DNA from: Candidatus Obscuribacterales bacterium
GTDB taxonomy: Bacteria; Cyanobacteriota; Vampirovibrionia; Obscuribacterales; Obscuribacteraceae
Assembly (NCBI GenBank): GCA_019750335.1
Contig: JAIEOQ010000012.1
Coordinates: forward strand, 13,211 to 77,210
Reading direction: 5' to 3'
DNA length: 64,000 bases
A model generated the notes under the pieces. It worked only from the letters and a program-made list of their open reading frames with translations, ran no database searches and was not told the DNA's origin. Positions within the stretch are counted from its first letter, which is position 1. The number at the start of each line of letters is the position of its first letter. A program made the position numbers and the translations under genes. Positions 54,398-63,979 of this stretch are shown piece by piece.

Positions 54398-54982
54398 TTG
54401 ATGAGCAAAATCGGCAAACCAACAACGGCGTTTTTACTGATGCTTGCTTGCAGTGGTGTGCTGTCTGCCGCCTTTGCCGAAGGCGAAACAACATTGCAAA
54501 TGATCAAAAGAGTGGAGCGTCTACGTTCGGAAGCATTTAGTGCACAAAAAAACGGTGATAGCGCCCATGCTTTAGCACTACTTGAAGAAGCTTCTGATGC
54601 GGTACTCGATGACAAATACCGTGATCCGAACAAAGCTTTTGTCATTAACACAATGACCGCTCAGTTGACCGCTATTCAAGGATCCGCTTTTCAGAAGCGC
54701 GATTGGCGGACATCTGAGGCTGCTTTGCGTAAAAAAATAAGCTTCATGGAAAAAACCAACCAAGCTGATAGCAATGATTATCAATCGGCTTTGCGCTTTT
54801 TGGATATCACTTTGCGCGCCCAGAAAAAATCAACTGAAACGACAACTTTGCAAGCTAAGATGAAACCTTTGAATGCTGAAGAGAAGCATCATAACGTGAT
54901 GCCGGTTGCTTTCAAGAAAGATGCGGAAGATAAAGAAGCTGAGAAAAAGAGTCAGGCAAAAGGGCAGAATAAAGGCAGGTAA
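54398..54982 (+). CDS. small secreted helical protein, paralog 2 (194 aa)
   Basis: It has a signal peptide (AFLLMLACSGVLSAAFA) and is a paralog of 49129-49656. Confidence 0.6.
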   Translation: MMSKIGKPTTAFLLMLACSGVLSAAFAEGETTLQMIKRVERLRSEAFSAQKNGDSAHALALLEEASDAVLDDKYRDPNKAFVINTMTAQLTAIQGSAFQKRDWRTSEAALRKKISFMEKTNQADSNDYQSALRFLDITLRAQKKSTETTTLQAKMKPLNAEEKHHNVMPVAFKKDAEDKEAEKKSQAKGQNKGR

Positions 54983-55003
54983 AATCTGAAACTGCTCAAG
55001 TTT

Positions 55004-55516
55004 TTGGCTTCTGTTTGTTTGTGCTTATTGCCGGTCCTGCAGCTGTCAATAATTATTTGTGCTTGGTTTTTTCTGACCATAGCTAAATCAAATTGCAACT
55101 GTCTTTCCGAAAAGATTGTTTTAGCACGCATGGCCTTTGAGCAAAATATTCATGCCACCGAGGTCTTTTTTGTTTTGCTCTTGCTTTTGGCAAGTTATAT
55201 GGTTTGGCGGTTAAAATGGACAGCCTACGGCTTTATCTGTCTTGTCTTGTCACTGCTTGTCGGTTGTTTCGTCTGGCAAAGCTATACCAGTTATGTACTG
55301 GTTGATGCTGATTCGGTACGTTGGTTGTCCATGCCGGTAACGACCCTGACGGCGGCTCCCTATTCCGAAATCTGCCGGGTTTGGGTCTCTCCTGTGGGCA
55401 CTTGGCGCTATGCTCAAGCTTTTATGTCCGGACTCGTTTTTTTTGCCCTACTGCAGTTGGTTGGTTGGCTATGGCGTAAACGACGTCTGGCCCTTAGTGG
55501 TTGCCCGACTGAATAG
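55004..55516 (+). CDS. hypothetical polytopic membrane protein
   Basis: It has three to four hydrophobic helices and no recognised motif. The TTG start from the track is uncertain; an alternative ATG lies at 55130. Confidence 0.35.
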   Translation: MASVCLCLLPVLQLSIIICAWFFLTIAKSNCNCLSEKIVLARMAFEQNIHATEVFFVLLLLLASYMVWRLKWTAYGFICLVLSLLVGCFVWQSYTSYVLVDADSVRWLSMPVTTLTAAPYSEICRVWVSPVGTWRYAQAFMSGLVFFALLQLVGWLWRKRRLALSGCPTE

Positions 55517-55588
55517 TTTCATTTGTATTAAATTTGGGGAATAACGATAATAGTGTTTGTTTCCCGCTCTTTGAGCACAAGTACGGTT

Positions 55589-56068
55589 ATGTTAAACGAA
55601 CGCTTACTAAGACTAAGACGCAATAAAAAAGGCACGCTGATGGAGCTGGGACCAGCTCTGATCATTGCGCTCATAGTTTTATTCGCCATGCTCAGTCTGG
55701 CTTTTCTTTTTGCCGGTGTGGCTACGGCTAACTATGCCTGCCAGCTTGCTGCTCGTGAAGGTGCTTCCGGGGGGTCGCGCACTAACATTGATCGTTTAGC
55801 ACGTACGGCAATAGTAAATGTGGTTAACGGACCTTTTGGGCAATTTGCCAGTCTGCAGTTTACTAATTTGCAAGTCAACATTTTCGAAGTCGGTCCGGGT
55901 GGTACTGAATTAGGAGTACCGGCGCCTACTGCCATTGATACTACTCGTACCTATCTGGTGCGAGTCCAATCGCCATATACAATTGGCGTTCCTTTCTGGG
56001 GGACTGTCAATGCGACCGCTACTAGCGAATGCTTTGTCGATAATCCGGAAGCTTTAGCCATACCATAG
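55589..56068 (+). CDS. TadE-like pseudopilin / pilus assembly protein
   Basis: The basic N-terminus is followed by G-TLMELGPALIIALIVLFAMLSLAFLFAG...AAREGA, in the TadE/TadF style. I prefer the ATG at 55589; the track start is the GTG at 55553. Confidence 0.55.
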   Translation: MLNERLLRLRRNKKGTLMELGPALIIALIVLFAMLSLAFLFAGVATANYACQLAAREGASGGSRTNIDRLARTAIVNVVNGPFGQFASLQFTNLQVNIFEVGPGGTELGVPAPTAIDTTRTYLVRVQSPYTIGVPFWGTVNATATSECFVDNPEALAIP

Positions 56069-56077
56069 GAAAAAATT

Positions 56078-56581
56078 GTGCGTAAGAAATCAGGACAGCA
56101 GTTAGTTGAAGTAGCCATCGGCTTGATGGCTTTGGTCCCGATTTTTCTTTTCCTATACGATATTTGTGTTGTTTTTCTAGTAACTAATCTCAATGACGGT
56201 GTTGCCCGTGATGCAGCTCGCGCCGCATCGGCTACTGAGCCTGTCGGATTGCCTGGCGTTGGTACTTTTGCCTTAACGGCGGCAGCGCAAAATTTTGATC
56301 GAGCTAATCGAGTGGTTGGTCTTGCCCAACGTCGAGCTGGTGGCTATATCACAAACATTCGCATTGACCCCAATGTAAATTGGAGTTCAATCAATGTGCT
56401 AAATGCACCGGACCCTTTCATGGGCGGACTTTATAACGGAGATGTGCGAGTGCGTACTATTGTCACTTTCAATATACCTGTGACATTTGGTTTTTTACCG
56501 GCACAGCAAACTTTCAATGCTGATGCACGTTTTCCGCTTACGGCTCAACGCACAGGTACGGCTCGCCAATCGGTTAACTAA
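56078..56581 (+). CDS. TadE-like pseudopilin / pilus assembly protein
   Basis: VRKKSG-QQLVEVAIGLMALVPIFLFLYD...ARDAARAAS places Gly then Glu at +5, followed by a hydrophobic helix. This is the class-III/prepilin-like signature of TadE-family proteins. Confidence 0.65.
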   Translation: MRKKSGQQLVEVAIGLMALVPIFLFLYDICVVFLVTNLNDGVARDAARAASATEPVGLPGVGTFALTAAAQNFDRANRVVGLAQRRAGGYITNIRIDPNVNWSSINVLNAPDPFMGGLYNGDVRVRTIVTFNIPVTFGFLPAQQTFNADARFPLTAQRTGTARQSVN

Positions 56582-57099
56582 AGCTTGTTGCGCATAATAG
56601 TGAGACCTTGTGTCTTGTTTTTATGCGTATGTGATTTTTGCTCGACTTCGCTAAAGCCTAGTGTTTGCCAGAAGCGCAAAGCACGAGGATTGCCTTCAAG
56701 AACGCCTAAGCCCAGATGAAGCGCTCCATTTTCTTTGCACCAGGAAGCAAGGGCATCATATATTTCTTTGCCTAATCCTTTTTGACGTGAGCTTGGTTTG
56801 ATCATCATTAGCCCGATAATCCATTCGTCTTGAACCGGATAATCACGGATTATATCGACTACAGCCAATAAATCTTGTGTTTGCGAATCAAAAGCACCAA
56901 ACACATGTTTATCGCTGTATGCTTTTTTCTCAGGCAACATGGTCAATATATCTCGCCCTTCATTGGGCTGTGCTGGCGCATCTTGGACGATCATGAAATA
57001 GTCCGAACAGAGTAGGCAAAGAGCTTGCAAAATTGTTTCATCACAAGCTTCAAGCAAACGAATATTTGTGTTCTTAGTTTTAATCGCTAAAGGCGGCAT
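56578..57099 (-). CDS. GNAT-family N-acetyltransferase
   Basis: It has the acetyl-CoA block RQKGLGKEIYDAL and the C-terminal NPRALRFWQTLGF. Confidence 0.75.
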   Translation of the reverse strand: MPPLAIKTKNTNIRLLEACDETILQALCLLCSDYFMIVQDAPAQPNEGRDILTMLPEKKAYSDKHVFGAFDSQTQDLLAVVDIIRDYPVQDEWIIGLMMIKPSSRQKGLGKEIYDALASWCKENGALHLGLGVLEGNPRALRFWQTLGFSEVEQKSHTHKNKTQGLTIMRNKL

Positions 57100-57100
57100 T

Positions 57101-57499
57101 CTAATTCATTGCTGCGTAACGTGTCATGCGCCATTCGATATCGCTTAAATCTTTGTCCGTATTATCAATCTCTCGTTTAATACGATCAAGACGATTTTCC
57201 ATGTCATTGATATATCCTGTGATTCTGTATCTTTGATCAAGAATGAGATTGCTGTTAGGCGGATTGCCGATTAAAGCGCGATCCAAATCTTTTCGTACTT
57301 GCAAAAGACGAACTATTTGGCGTTCGGTATCGTCACGCCGATTGAGATAGTCGTTACGACGCCCCAGCAAATAATTGTATGAATAGCGCAAGTCACTGGG
57401 GATATTGTTGCTGGCGGCAAAAACTGGTGCCAGCAATGTCAATTCCACGCAAATCAATAAAATCAGGGATGCCTGTTTTTTCACAGCAACTCCGCACAA
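57101..57499 (-). CDS. small secreted protein (132 aa), Arg/Asp-rich and helical
   Basis: It has a signal peptide (LILLICVELTLLAPVFAAS). Its stop lies 1 nt before the GNAT start. I see no motif. Confidence 0.45.
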   Translation of the reverse strand: MCGVAVKKQASLILLICVELTLLAPVFAASNNIPSDLRYSYNYLLGRRNDYLNRRDDTERQIVRLLQVRKDLDRALIGNPPNSNLILDQRYRITGYINDMENRLDRIKREIDNTDKDLSDIEWRMTRYAAMN

Positions 57500-57647
57500 A
57501 ACTAGAGTGCCTGATAGTAATCAAAGTGCAAGGATGATGTCAAGATTGTGTGAAGCTCAAGGCATGGGCAGCGTGGGAATTATACGAATCAAGCTAAAGC
57601 TGCTTTAATTCGGTTAATTTGATACTGCAAATGGTGCTTACCGTACT

Positions 57648-58148
57648 CTATTCTTTAATTGATTCGATTGCAAAACCGAGTTTGATATAAAGACGTAGGG
57701 CATTTTCGTTCAGCTCGGTGACTACCAGCCTTAACTGTTTGATGCCGGCTTTAGCTAAGCCGTTCAAAGTCAGCTCAATCAATTTTGTCCCTAAGCCGCG
57801 TTTTTGATATGACGGGCTGGTCAGAACAAATGCCAGCAAAGGTCCGGTTTTAACATAGTCGGTAACTACAGTAGCCGCTGCCGCTATCTCTTTGTCCATA
57901 GCAATAAACGATGCTGGCCAAATTATCTTGCCGTATTTGCCCTTAAGCGTATCGCCAGCTTCAACCAGGGATTCTTCTAAAGTCTGACCCTCATCATCAA
58001 TCGTGCCTTTATAAGCCTCAAACATAAGCGGTCCGAGCAAGCTTGTGTCTTCGCTAGTTAAATTCCTAAAGACGAAGTCGGTTCTTGTTGGAGACAGATT
58101 TATGCCTGTTTGGCGGACCAGGATTAAACGTTTTAATTTGGCGGTCAT
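57648..58148 (-). CDS. GNAT-family N-acetyltransferase
   Basis: It contains QKRGLGTKLIELTL and NENALRLYIKLGF. Confidence 0.75.
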   Translation of the reverse strand: MTAKLKRLILVRQTGINLSPTRTDFVFRNLTSEDTSLLGPLMFEAYKGTIDDEGQTLEESLVEAGDTLKGKYGKIIWPASFIAMDKEIAAAATVVTDYVKTGPLLAFVLTSPSYQKRGLGTKLIELTLNGLAKAGIKQLRLVVTELNENALRLYIKLGFAIESIKE

Positions 58149-58247
58149 GGCTATAAGTTTACTCTTTTGCTTAACGTAGTTTCCCCATTGTTGATTAAGT
58201 TCAATTTGGTTAATTTATTCTCCTCTTTACAATTTCGGAATGCTGAA

Positions 58248-59813
58248 ATGCTGGGCAATACGGCTTTATTAGCTGATACTGAAAAACAATCGATTCCTTT
58301 AGCCCTTGAGCTGGAATTTGCCGGCGTAAGTAAAAGCTTTGCCTCGGTTTTAGCTTGTGATTCTATCGATTTAAAGATTAAAGGAGGCGGTATTCATGCC
58401 CTTGTCGGTGAAAATGGCGCCGGCAAGTCTACTCTGACAAAAATGCTTGCTGGCTTTTACCAGCCGACATCAGGTTCGCTTTATCTTTCCGGAAAGGAGG
58501 TAGTGTTCAACTCGGCTGCTGATGCTAGAAAGCATGGTATCGGCATGGTCCATCAACAATTAGCTTTAGTACCGTCTTTTACCGGTTACGAAAATGTACT
58601 GCTTGGTGATGAACGTCTCTCTTTTGCTTTAAACAAAAAAGTGCTTGAAAAAAAGGTAGCGGCAAAAGCCAGTGAGCTTGGTTTCAATTTGAACTTAGCT
58701 CTGCCGGTTTCAGCAATGAGTATTGCTGACCGTCAAAAACTGGAAATCTTTAAGTTGCTATGGCGGGACGCTAAAGTATTGATTCTTGACGAGCCGACCT
58801 CCCAGCTTGCTCCGCTTGAAGCTGAGGAGATTTTACGTTTAGCTTCCGACCTGGCTGCTACAGGCAGAATAGTAATACTGATTACACATCATCTCAATGA
58901 AGTGATTAGTTTTGCCCGTTCCATATCTGTATTGCGCAAAGGACAGCTTGTGGCAAATGTTGTAGCCGATGAATTGAGCCGCGAAGAACTTGCCGGACGG
59001 ATGCTTGAGTTCGATCAAACGCTCCCGGTTAAATCGCAATATGTTCAGTCGGATATTTCTTTGCTCAAGCTTGTCGATATTAATACTGAAGCTACGCCTG
59101 GGCGGCGCAGCCTAAAAGAGATAAATCTTGAACTTAAAGCAGGCGAAGTGGTCGGAGTTGCCGGTGTGACCGGAGCCGGACAAATTGAGTTGGCTGAAAT
59201 TGTAGCTGGTTTGTTGAAGCCTGAAAGCGGTAAATTCTATTTTGAAAACGAAGATCTTAAAACACTAAAGAAAGTATCTGTGGGTTATGTACCAAGCGAG
59301 CAAAAACAAGCTTGTGCTTTTGAACTTTCGCTTGCTTCCAACTGTTTTCTTAAAGCAGTTGACGGCTCGGGCTCCTTTGGTTTTCTCAATCAGTCCTTAT
59401 TGAAAAAACAAGCTCGTGAAATAATCAGTTATTTTAAGGTGACACCGGCTTTGCCTGAAGTCTCTGGGCAGGCGCTTTCCGGCGGTAATCTTCAACGCTT
59501 GATTATCGGCAGAGAGCTTAAATCCGAAGCGAAAATTATTGTTGCCGATAATCCTAGCGCCGGGCTTGATGCTTTTACTTCTAAAAGAGTTCGTCAAGAA
59601 TTTGCTGCATTTGCCAAAGAAGGAAAAACTGTTCTTTTTATTTCGCCGGATGTGGATGAACTAATTACTGTTTGTGACCGCATATTAGTAATGTTCAAAG
59701 GCAAAATCGTTGGTGAACAACGAGCTGGCGAATATGATTCGCAAGCATTAGCCTTGCTCATGGGTGGTGTAGAAAATAACTCTTGCTTGAAGATGAAGGT
59801 GGGCAATGCTTAG
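58248..59813 (+). CDS. ABC transporter ATP-binding protein with two fused ABC domains (sugar/nucleoside uptake type)
   Basis: It contains GENGAGKST, a second Walker A GVTGAGQ, signature-like sequences and DEPT. I moved the start to the ATG at 58248 because the track TTG at 58167 abuts the divergent GNAT gene. Confidence 0.85.
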   Translation: MLGNTALLADTEKQSIPLALELEFAGVSKSFASVLACDSIDLKIKGGGIHALVGENGAGKSTLTKMLAGFYQPTSGSLYLSGKEVVFNSAADARKHGIGMVHQQLALVPSFTGYENVLLGDERLSFALNKKVLEKKVAAKASELGFNLNLALPVSAMSIADRQKLEIFKLLWRDAKVLILDEPTSQLAPLEAEEILRLASDLAATGRIVILITHHLNEVISFARSISVLRKGQLVANVVADELSREELAGRMLEFDQTLPVKSQYVQSDISLLKLVDINTEATPGRRSLKEINLELKAGEVVGVAGVTGAGQIELAEIVAGLLKPESGKFYFENEDLKTLKKVSVGYVPSEQKQACAFELSLASNCFLKAVDGSGSFGFLNQSLLKKQAREIISYFKVTPALPEVSGQALSGGNLQRLIIGRELKSEAKIIVADNPSAGLDAFTSKRVRQEFAAFAKEGKTVLFISPDVDELITVCDRILVMFKGKIVGEQRAGEYDSQALALLMGGVENNSCLKMKVGNA

Positions 59814-60876
59814 TAAAGCAGCCGGAGCAATGATTGCTTTTTCCGGCTCTATCGCTTCCATGCTTTTTGGTTTTGTTGCTGTCGGTATTTTTTTACTTCT
59901 TTCCGGACGTAATCCGGCGACAATTTATACAGGCATTTTTACTGGAGCTTTTGGCGATACATTTTGTCTTTCCGAAACTTTGGTAGCTGCTACGCCGATT
60001 ATGTTTTGTGCTTTAGCTGTGGCTATTGCCGCGCGTCTTGGTCTAATGAATATTGGTGTTGAAGGACAACTTCTTTTCGGAGCTATTGGTAGTACCTATG
60101 TTGCTTTAACTATGCCTGAAACAACTCCAAGTTGGCTTATGCTTTTACTGATGGCTTTAAGCGCTTGTGTTTGCGGTGCATTATTTGCTTTGATCCCAGC
60201 TTTAATGCGCGTTTTCATGGATATAAATGAAACAATCGTCAGTCTTTTGCTAAATTATGTGGCTGCCTTAACAGTTGAATATCTGATTCATGGACCCTGG
60301 CAAGATCCGACAACCACAAGTTGGCCGCAAACAATGGCTTTTCCTCCTTGCGCTGAAATGCCTCATCTTGAAGGTTCGCGGGTGCATCTTGGTTTGCTTG
60401 TCGCTTTAATTATCGGTTTTCTGCTTATGCTTGTATTGCATAGCACCAAATTCGGCTTCAAGGCTAAAGTAATTGGCAGTAATCCCCAAGCTGCGTTATA
60501 TGCTAAATATCCTTTGAAACGTTATTTGATTGTCGCCATGCTTTTGTCCGGAGCGGTTGCTGCTCTTGCCGGCTTCAGTCAGGTCTCGGCTATTGAAGGA
60601 CGTTTGCGTTCAGGGCTTTCGCCGGGATACGGTTACACCGGATTTTTAGTTTGCTTTTTAGCCAAGCATAATCCTATAACTATAATTGTTGTTTCAATTC
60701 TACTTGGCGGATTTCTTTCCGGGGCAGATAGCCTGCAGCTTTCCGAAAAACTTCCTTTTGCTACAGTGAATATTTTGCAAGGAATGATTTTCATCTTTCT
60801 TCTCGCTTCTGAAAACGCGCTTAAATCCTGGTCTGAAAAATTACGACTTAAGCTACAAGCAGCGGAGGCAAGCTAA
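59806..60876 (+). CDS. ABC transporter permease (BPD_transp_2 type)
   Basis: The protein is polytopic. It overlaps the ATPase stop by 8 nt and precedes a second permease. Confidence 0.85.
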   Translation: MLSKAAGAMIAFSGSIASMLFGFVAVGIFLLLSGRNPATIYTGIFTGAFGDTFCLSETLVAATPIMFCALAVAIAARLGLMNIGVEGQLLFGAIGSTYVALTMPETTPSWLMLLLMALSACVCGALFALIPALMRVFMDINETIVSLLLNYVAALTVEYLIHGPWQDPTTTSWPQTMAFPPCAEMPHLEGSRVHLGLLVALIIGFLLMLVLHSTKFGFKAKVIGSNPQAALYAKYPLKRYLIVAMLLSGAVAALAGFSQVSAIEGRLRSGLSPGYGYTGFLVCFLAKHNPITIIVVSILLGGFLSGADSLQLSEKLPFATVNILQGMIFIFLLASENALKSWSEKLRLKLQAAEAS

Positions 60877-61805
60877 TGGACGATCTTGCTTTTATTACAG
60901 CTGTTGCTGCCGGTATGGTTAGAAGCGGTACCCCGGTACTTTTAGCCGCTGTAGGCGAATGTTTAACTGAACGATCCGGGATTCTTAACTTAGGTATGGA
61001 AGGAATAATGCTTGCCGGTGCTTTAACGGCTGTTATCGTGTCCTATTTAACCGGTAATATTTTTTTTGCGATTATTGCTGCTCTAGCTATTGGTGCGCTA
61101 ATCGGACTTTTGCATGCGTTCTTATGTTTGTACTTTCATGTCAATCAAGTAGCAACCGGTATTGCTGTCACAATCCTTTTAAGCGGTATCACCGCTTTTT
61201 GCGGAATAGATTATGTCGGCAAATCAATTCATTCAATTTCAGCATACAAAGTGCCATGGCTCTCTGAGCTGCCTTTTTTCGGTAGTGTCTTTTTTAATCA
61301 GGACATACTGGTTTATTTAAGTTATGCCATTGTTCCCTTGACCTATTTTTTGATTAATGGCACGCGCTTTGGCTTATCTTTAAAAGCTGTCGGTGAAGAA
61401 CCACGAGCAGCAGCGGCAGCCGGTGTATCTGTTTTTCGTACCCGTTGTATTGCCACCGCTTTAGGGGCCATGCTTGCTGCTTTAGGTGGTGCATATCTTT
61501 CTCTTGTTTATGCTCAAGGCTGGACTGAGAATATCACTGCCGGTCGAGGTTGGATTGCCGTTGGCTTAGTGATGTTTGCTTCCTGGAACCCTTGGAAAGC
61601 AGTGCTCGGTGCTTATTTATTTGGGCTGGCTATATCTTTGCAGTTAAGATTGCAAGCAGCCGGAGCCGATGTCTCTCCTTATTTGTTAGGTATGGCTCCC
61701 TATTTACTTGTAATCTTAGTATTGGCAGTGAGCAAATTGCGTCAGAAAAAAATTCCGGCTGCCGGTCCGACAGCCTTGTCCATACCCTATCTGCCCCAAG
61801 TTTGA
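60876..61805 (+). CDS. ABC transporter permease (BPD_transp_2 type)
   Basis: The protein is polytopic and contains ERSGILNLGMEGIML, typical of the RbsC/NupQ-type permease family. Its ATG overlaps the previous stop. Confidence 0.85.
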   Translation: MDDLAFITAVAAGMVRSGTPVLLAAVGECLTERSGILNLGMEGIMLAGALTAVIVSYLTGNIFFAIIAALAIGALIGLLHAFLCLYFHVNQVATGIAVTILLSGITAFCGIDYVGKSIHSISAYKVPWLSELPFFGSVFFNQDILVYLSYAIVPLTYFLINGTRFGLSLKAVGEEPRAAAAAGVSVFRTRCIATALGAMLAALGGAYLSLVYAQGWTENITAGRGWIAVGLVMFASWNPWKAVLGAYLFGLAISLQLRLQAAGADVSPYLLGMAPYLLVILVLAVSKLRQKKIPAAGPTALSIPYLPQV

Positions 61806-61814
61806 GGAGCACGA

Positions 61815-62894
61815 ATGCCGCACATTCTGTTTGTATTTTTAGTTATATGCTTTACCGTATTGCCGGTTTATTCGGCTAACGAGCAAAAAACAGTTAAAGC
61901 CGGTTTTCTTTTTGTCGGGCCGATTAATGATTATGGCTGGAACTGTGCGCAAAACGAAGGACGTCTTTTTGTTGAAAAAAAGCTTGCCGGAAAAATACAA
62001 ACTGTGGCGGTTGAGAATGTACCTGAAAGTGCGGAAGCCGAGCGTGTAATGGAACGTATGATCGCTCAAGGGGCTAAAATTATTTTTGCTACTTCATTTG
62101 GTTATCTTGAGCCGGTACTAAAAGTAGCTCGCCGCCATCCGGATGTTAAGTTCATGCAGTTGAGCCGGTTTGACAAACGTCCTAATCTGAGAACATATTT
62201 TTATTTGCATTATCAAGGTTCGTATCTTGCCGGTGTTGTTGCCGGACGGATGAGCAAAAAAAATAAAATTGGTTTTGTTGCTGCTCATCCGGTACCACCG
62301 CTTCTGCAAAGTATCAATGCTTTTGCTTTAGGCGTTAGATCTGTGAATGCCAAAGCAACTGTTAAAGTAGTTTGGACTAACAAATGGGTAGATCCCGCAG
62401 TTGAAGCTGAAGCAGCTAAAGGATTGATTGATAACGGTATTGATGTTTTAGCCTTTGATCAAAGCGCGCCTGTAACCATTGTTAAAACGGCAGAAAGCAA
62501 TAAGACTTACGTAATCGGTTGTTATACCGACGATTGCCAGTTTGCGCCAAATTACTGGCTGACCGGAGTCTCTTTTGATTGGGGTCCTTATTACGCGCGT
62601 ATCTGTCAATCAGTTCTTGATGGTACCTGGCAAGAAGGTACGGATGTGTGCGATATAAAAACAGGCAACGTAAAACTTTCAAGTTTTGGTAAAGCTGTTC
62701 CTGAGCCTTTGCGCAAAGAAGTAGCTGCGGCAAAAGAAAAGATTGCCAATGGTTCTTTAGTTGTTTTTGCCGGACCCTTGAAAGATCGTGAAGGACGTGA
62801 GCGCTTATCTGCCGGAGCTAAGCCGAATATAAAATGGCTTGCCGGTATGAATTTTTTCGTACCTGGTGTTGAAGGCACTTTGCCGAAAAACTAA
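61815..62894 (+). CDS. BMP-family (PnrA/Med-like) ABC substrate-binding protein
   Basis: It has a signal peptide and then GFLFVGPINDYGWN...ESAEAERVMERMIAQGAKIIFATSFGY, characteristic of basic-membrane-protein purine-nucleoside binders. GAGGAG lies upstream. Confidence 0.85.
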   Translation: MPHILFVFLVICFTVLPVYSANEQKTVKAGFLFVGPINDYGWNCAQNEGRLFVEKKLAGKIQTVAVENVPESAEAERVMERMIAQGAKIIFATSFGYLEPVLKVARRHPDVKFMQLSRFDKRPNLRTYFYLHYQGSYLAGVVAGRMSKKNKIGFVAAHPVPPLLQSINAFALGVRSVNAKATVKVVWTNKWVDPAVEAEAAKGLIDNGIDVLAFDQSAPVTIVKTAESNKTYVIGCYTDDCQFAPNYWLTGVSFDWGPYYARICQSVLDGTWQEGTDVCDIKTGNVKLSSFGKAVPEPLRKEVAAAKEKIANGSLVVFAGPLKDREGRERLSAGAKPNIKWLAGMNFFVPGVEGTLPKN

Positions 62895-62905
62895 AAGGAG
62901 TGAAC

Positions 62906-63979
62906 ATGGGTTTTAGTTTAGTCTTGTTTTTGTTCCTTTGTCTTACCCTCGGAGCGGCAAGAGCGGAAGCACCGTTAAAAATCGGCTTTATTACAACTGG
63001 ACCGGTGAATGATCTAGGCTGGAATTATGCACATGAGCAAGGACGTTTGTTTTTGCAAAAAACTTTAGGCGGGCAAGTTGAAACAACAGTAATGGAGAGT
63101 GTGCCAGAGAGTGCCGAGGCTGAACGAGTCTTGGAAAAAATGATTGCTAAAGGCAATAAGCTTATATTCACCACTTCTTACGGTTATCTTGAACCGGCTT
63201 CAAGAGTGGCAAAGAGGCATCCTGATGTAGTAATTATGCAATGTCAACGTTCTGTGCCTGCCAGTTGGAAGAATATGGGTACTTATTTTGCTAACCAGTA
63301 TGAGCTTATGTATGTCACCGGCTTTGTTGCCGGCAAAATGACTAAGTCGGCTAAGCTTGGTTATGTTTCGGCGCATCCGGTGCCGGTGTTAATCAACTGT
63401 ATAAACTCTTTTGCCCTAGGGGCAAAAGCAGCCAATCCAAAAGTAAAAGTACAAGTAGTTTGGACAAACAGCTGGTCTGATCCGGCTTTAGAAGCAGAAG
63501 CCAGCAAAGGGCTTATTGAAAGTGGTGTCGATGTAGTGGTCGGTCAGGCTAATGCTCTGCCGGTTGTGAAAACAGCAGAAAAAATCGGAGCTTATGCTAT
63601 CGGTTGTAATGCTGATTTTGCTAAGTTGGCGCCTAAAGCTTGGCTTGTCGGTAGCCGTTTCAATTGGGGACCACTTTATGTGAAGATGGCAAAAGCTGTT
63701 CAAGATCATACTTGGAAGCCGGGCAATTATTTTTATGAAACAAAAGACGGCTATTATGTGCTTTCTGATTTTGGCACAAGCGTCCCAGCAAAAATACGCA
63801 CCGAAGCTATTGCCTTAAAAAGCAAAATCGAACAAGGCAAACTTATGGTTTTTGCCGGACCGCTAAAAGATCGTGAAGGCAAAGAAAGAGTGAGCGCCGG
63901 TAAAAAAGCCAGTCAGCAACAAATTGATAATATGGAGTGGTTTGTGCCTGGTGTTGAAGGGGCTTTGCCTAAAAAATAG
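62906..63979 (+). CDS. BMP-family (PnrA/Med-like) ABC substrate-binding protein, second copy
   Basis: It is a paralog of the previous gene (GFITTGPVNDLGWN...ESAEAERVLEKMIAKGNKLIFTTSYGY). I prefer the ATG at 62906, 5 nt after AAGGAG, over the GTG at 62900. Confidence 0.85.
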   Translation: MGFSLVLFLFLCLTLGAARAEAPLKIGFITTGPVNDLGWNYAHEQGRLFLQKTLGGQVETTVMESVPESAEAERVLEKMIAKGNKLIFTTSYGYLEPASRVAKRHPDVVIMQCQRSVPASWKNMGTYFANQYELMYVTGFVAGKMTKSAKLGYVSAHPVPVLINCINSFALGAKAANPKVKVQVVWTNSWSDPALEAEASKGLIESGVDVVVGQANALPVVKTAEKIGAYAIGCNADFAKLAPKAWLVGSRFNWGPLYVKMAKAVQDHTWKPGNYFYETKDGYYVLSDFGTSVPAKIRTEAIALKSKIEQGKLMVFAGPLKDREGKERVSAGKKASQQQIDNMEWFVPGVEGALPKK

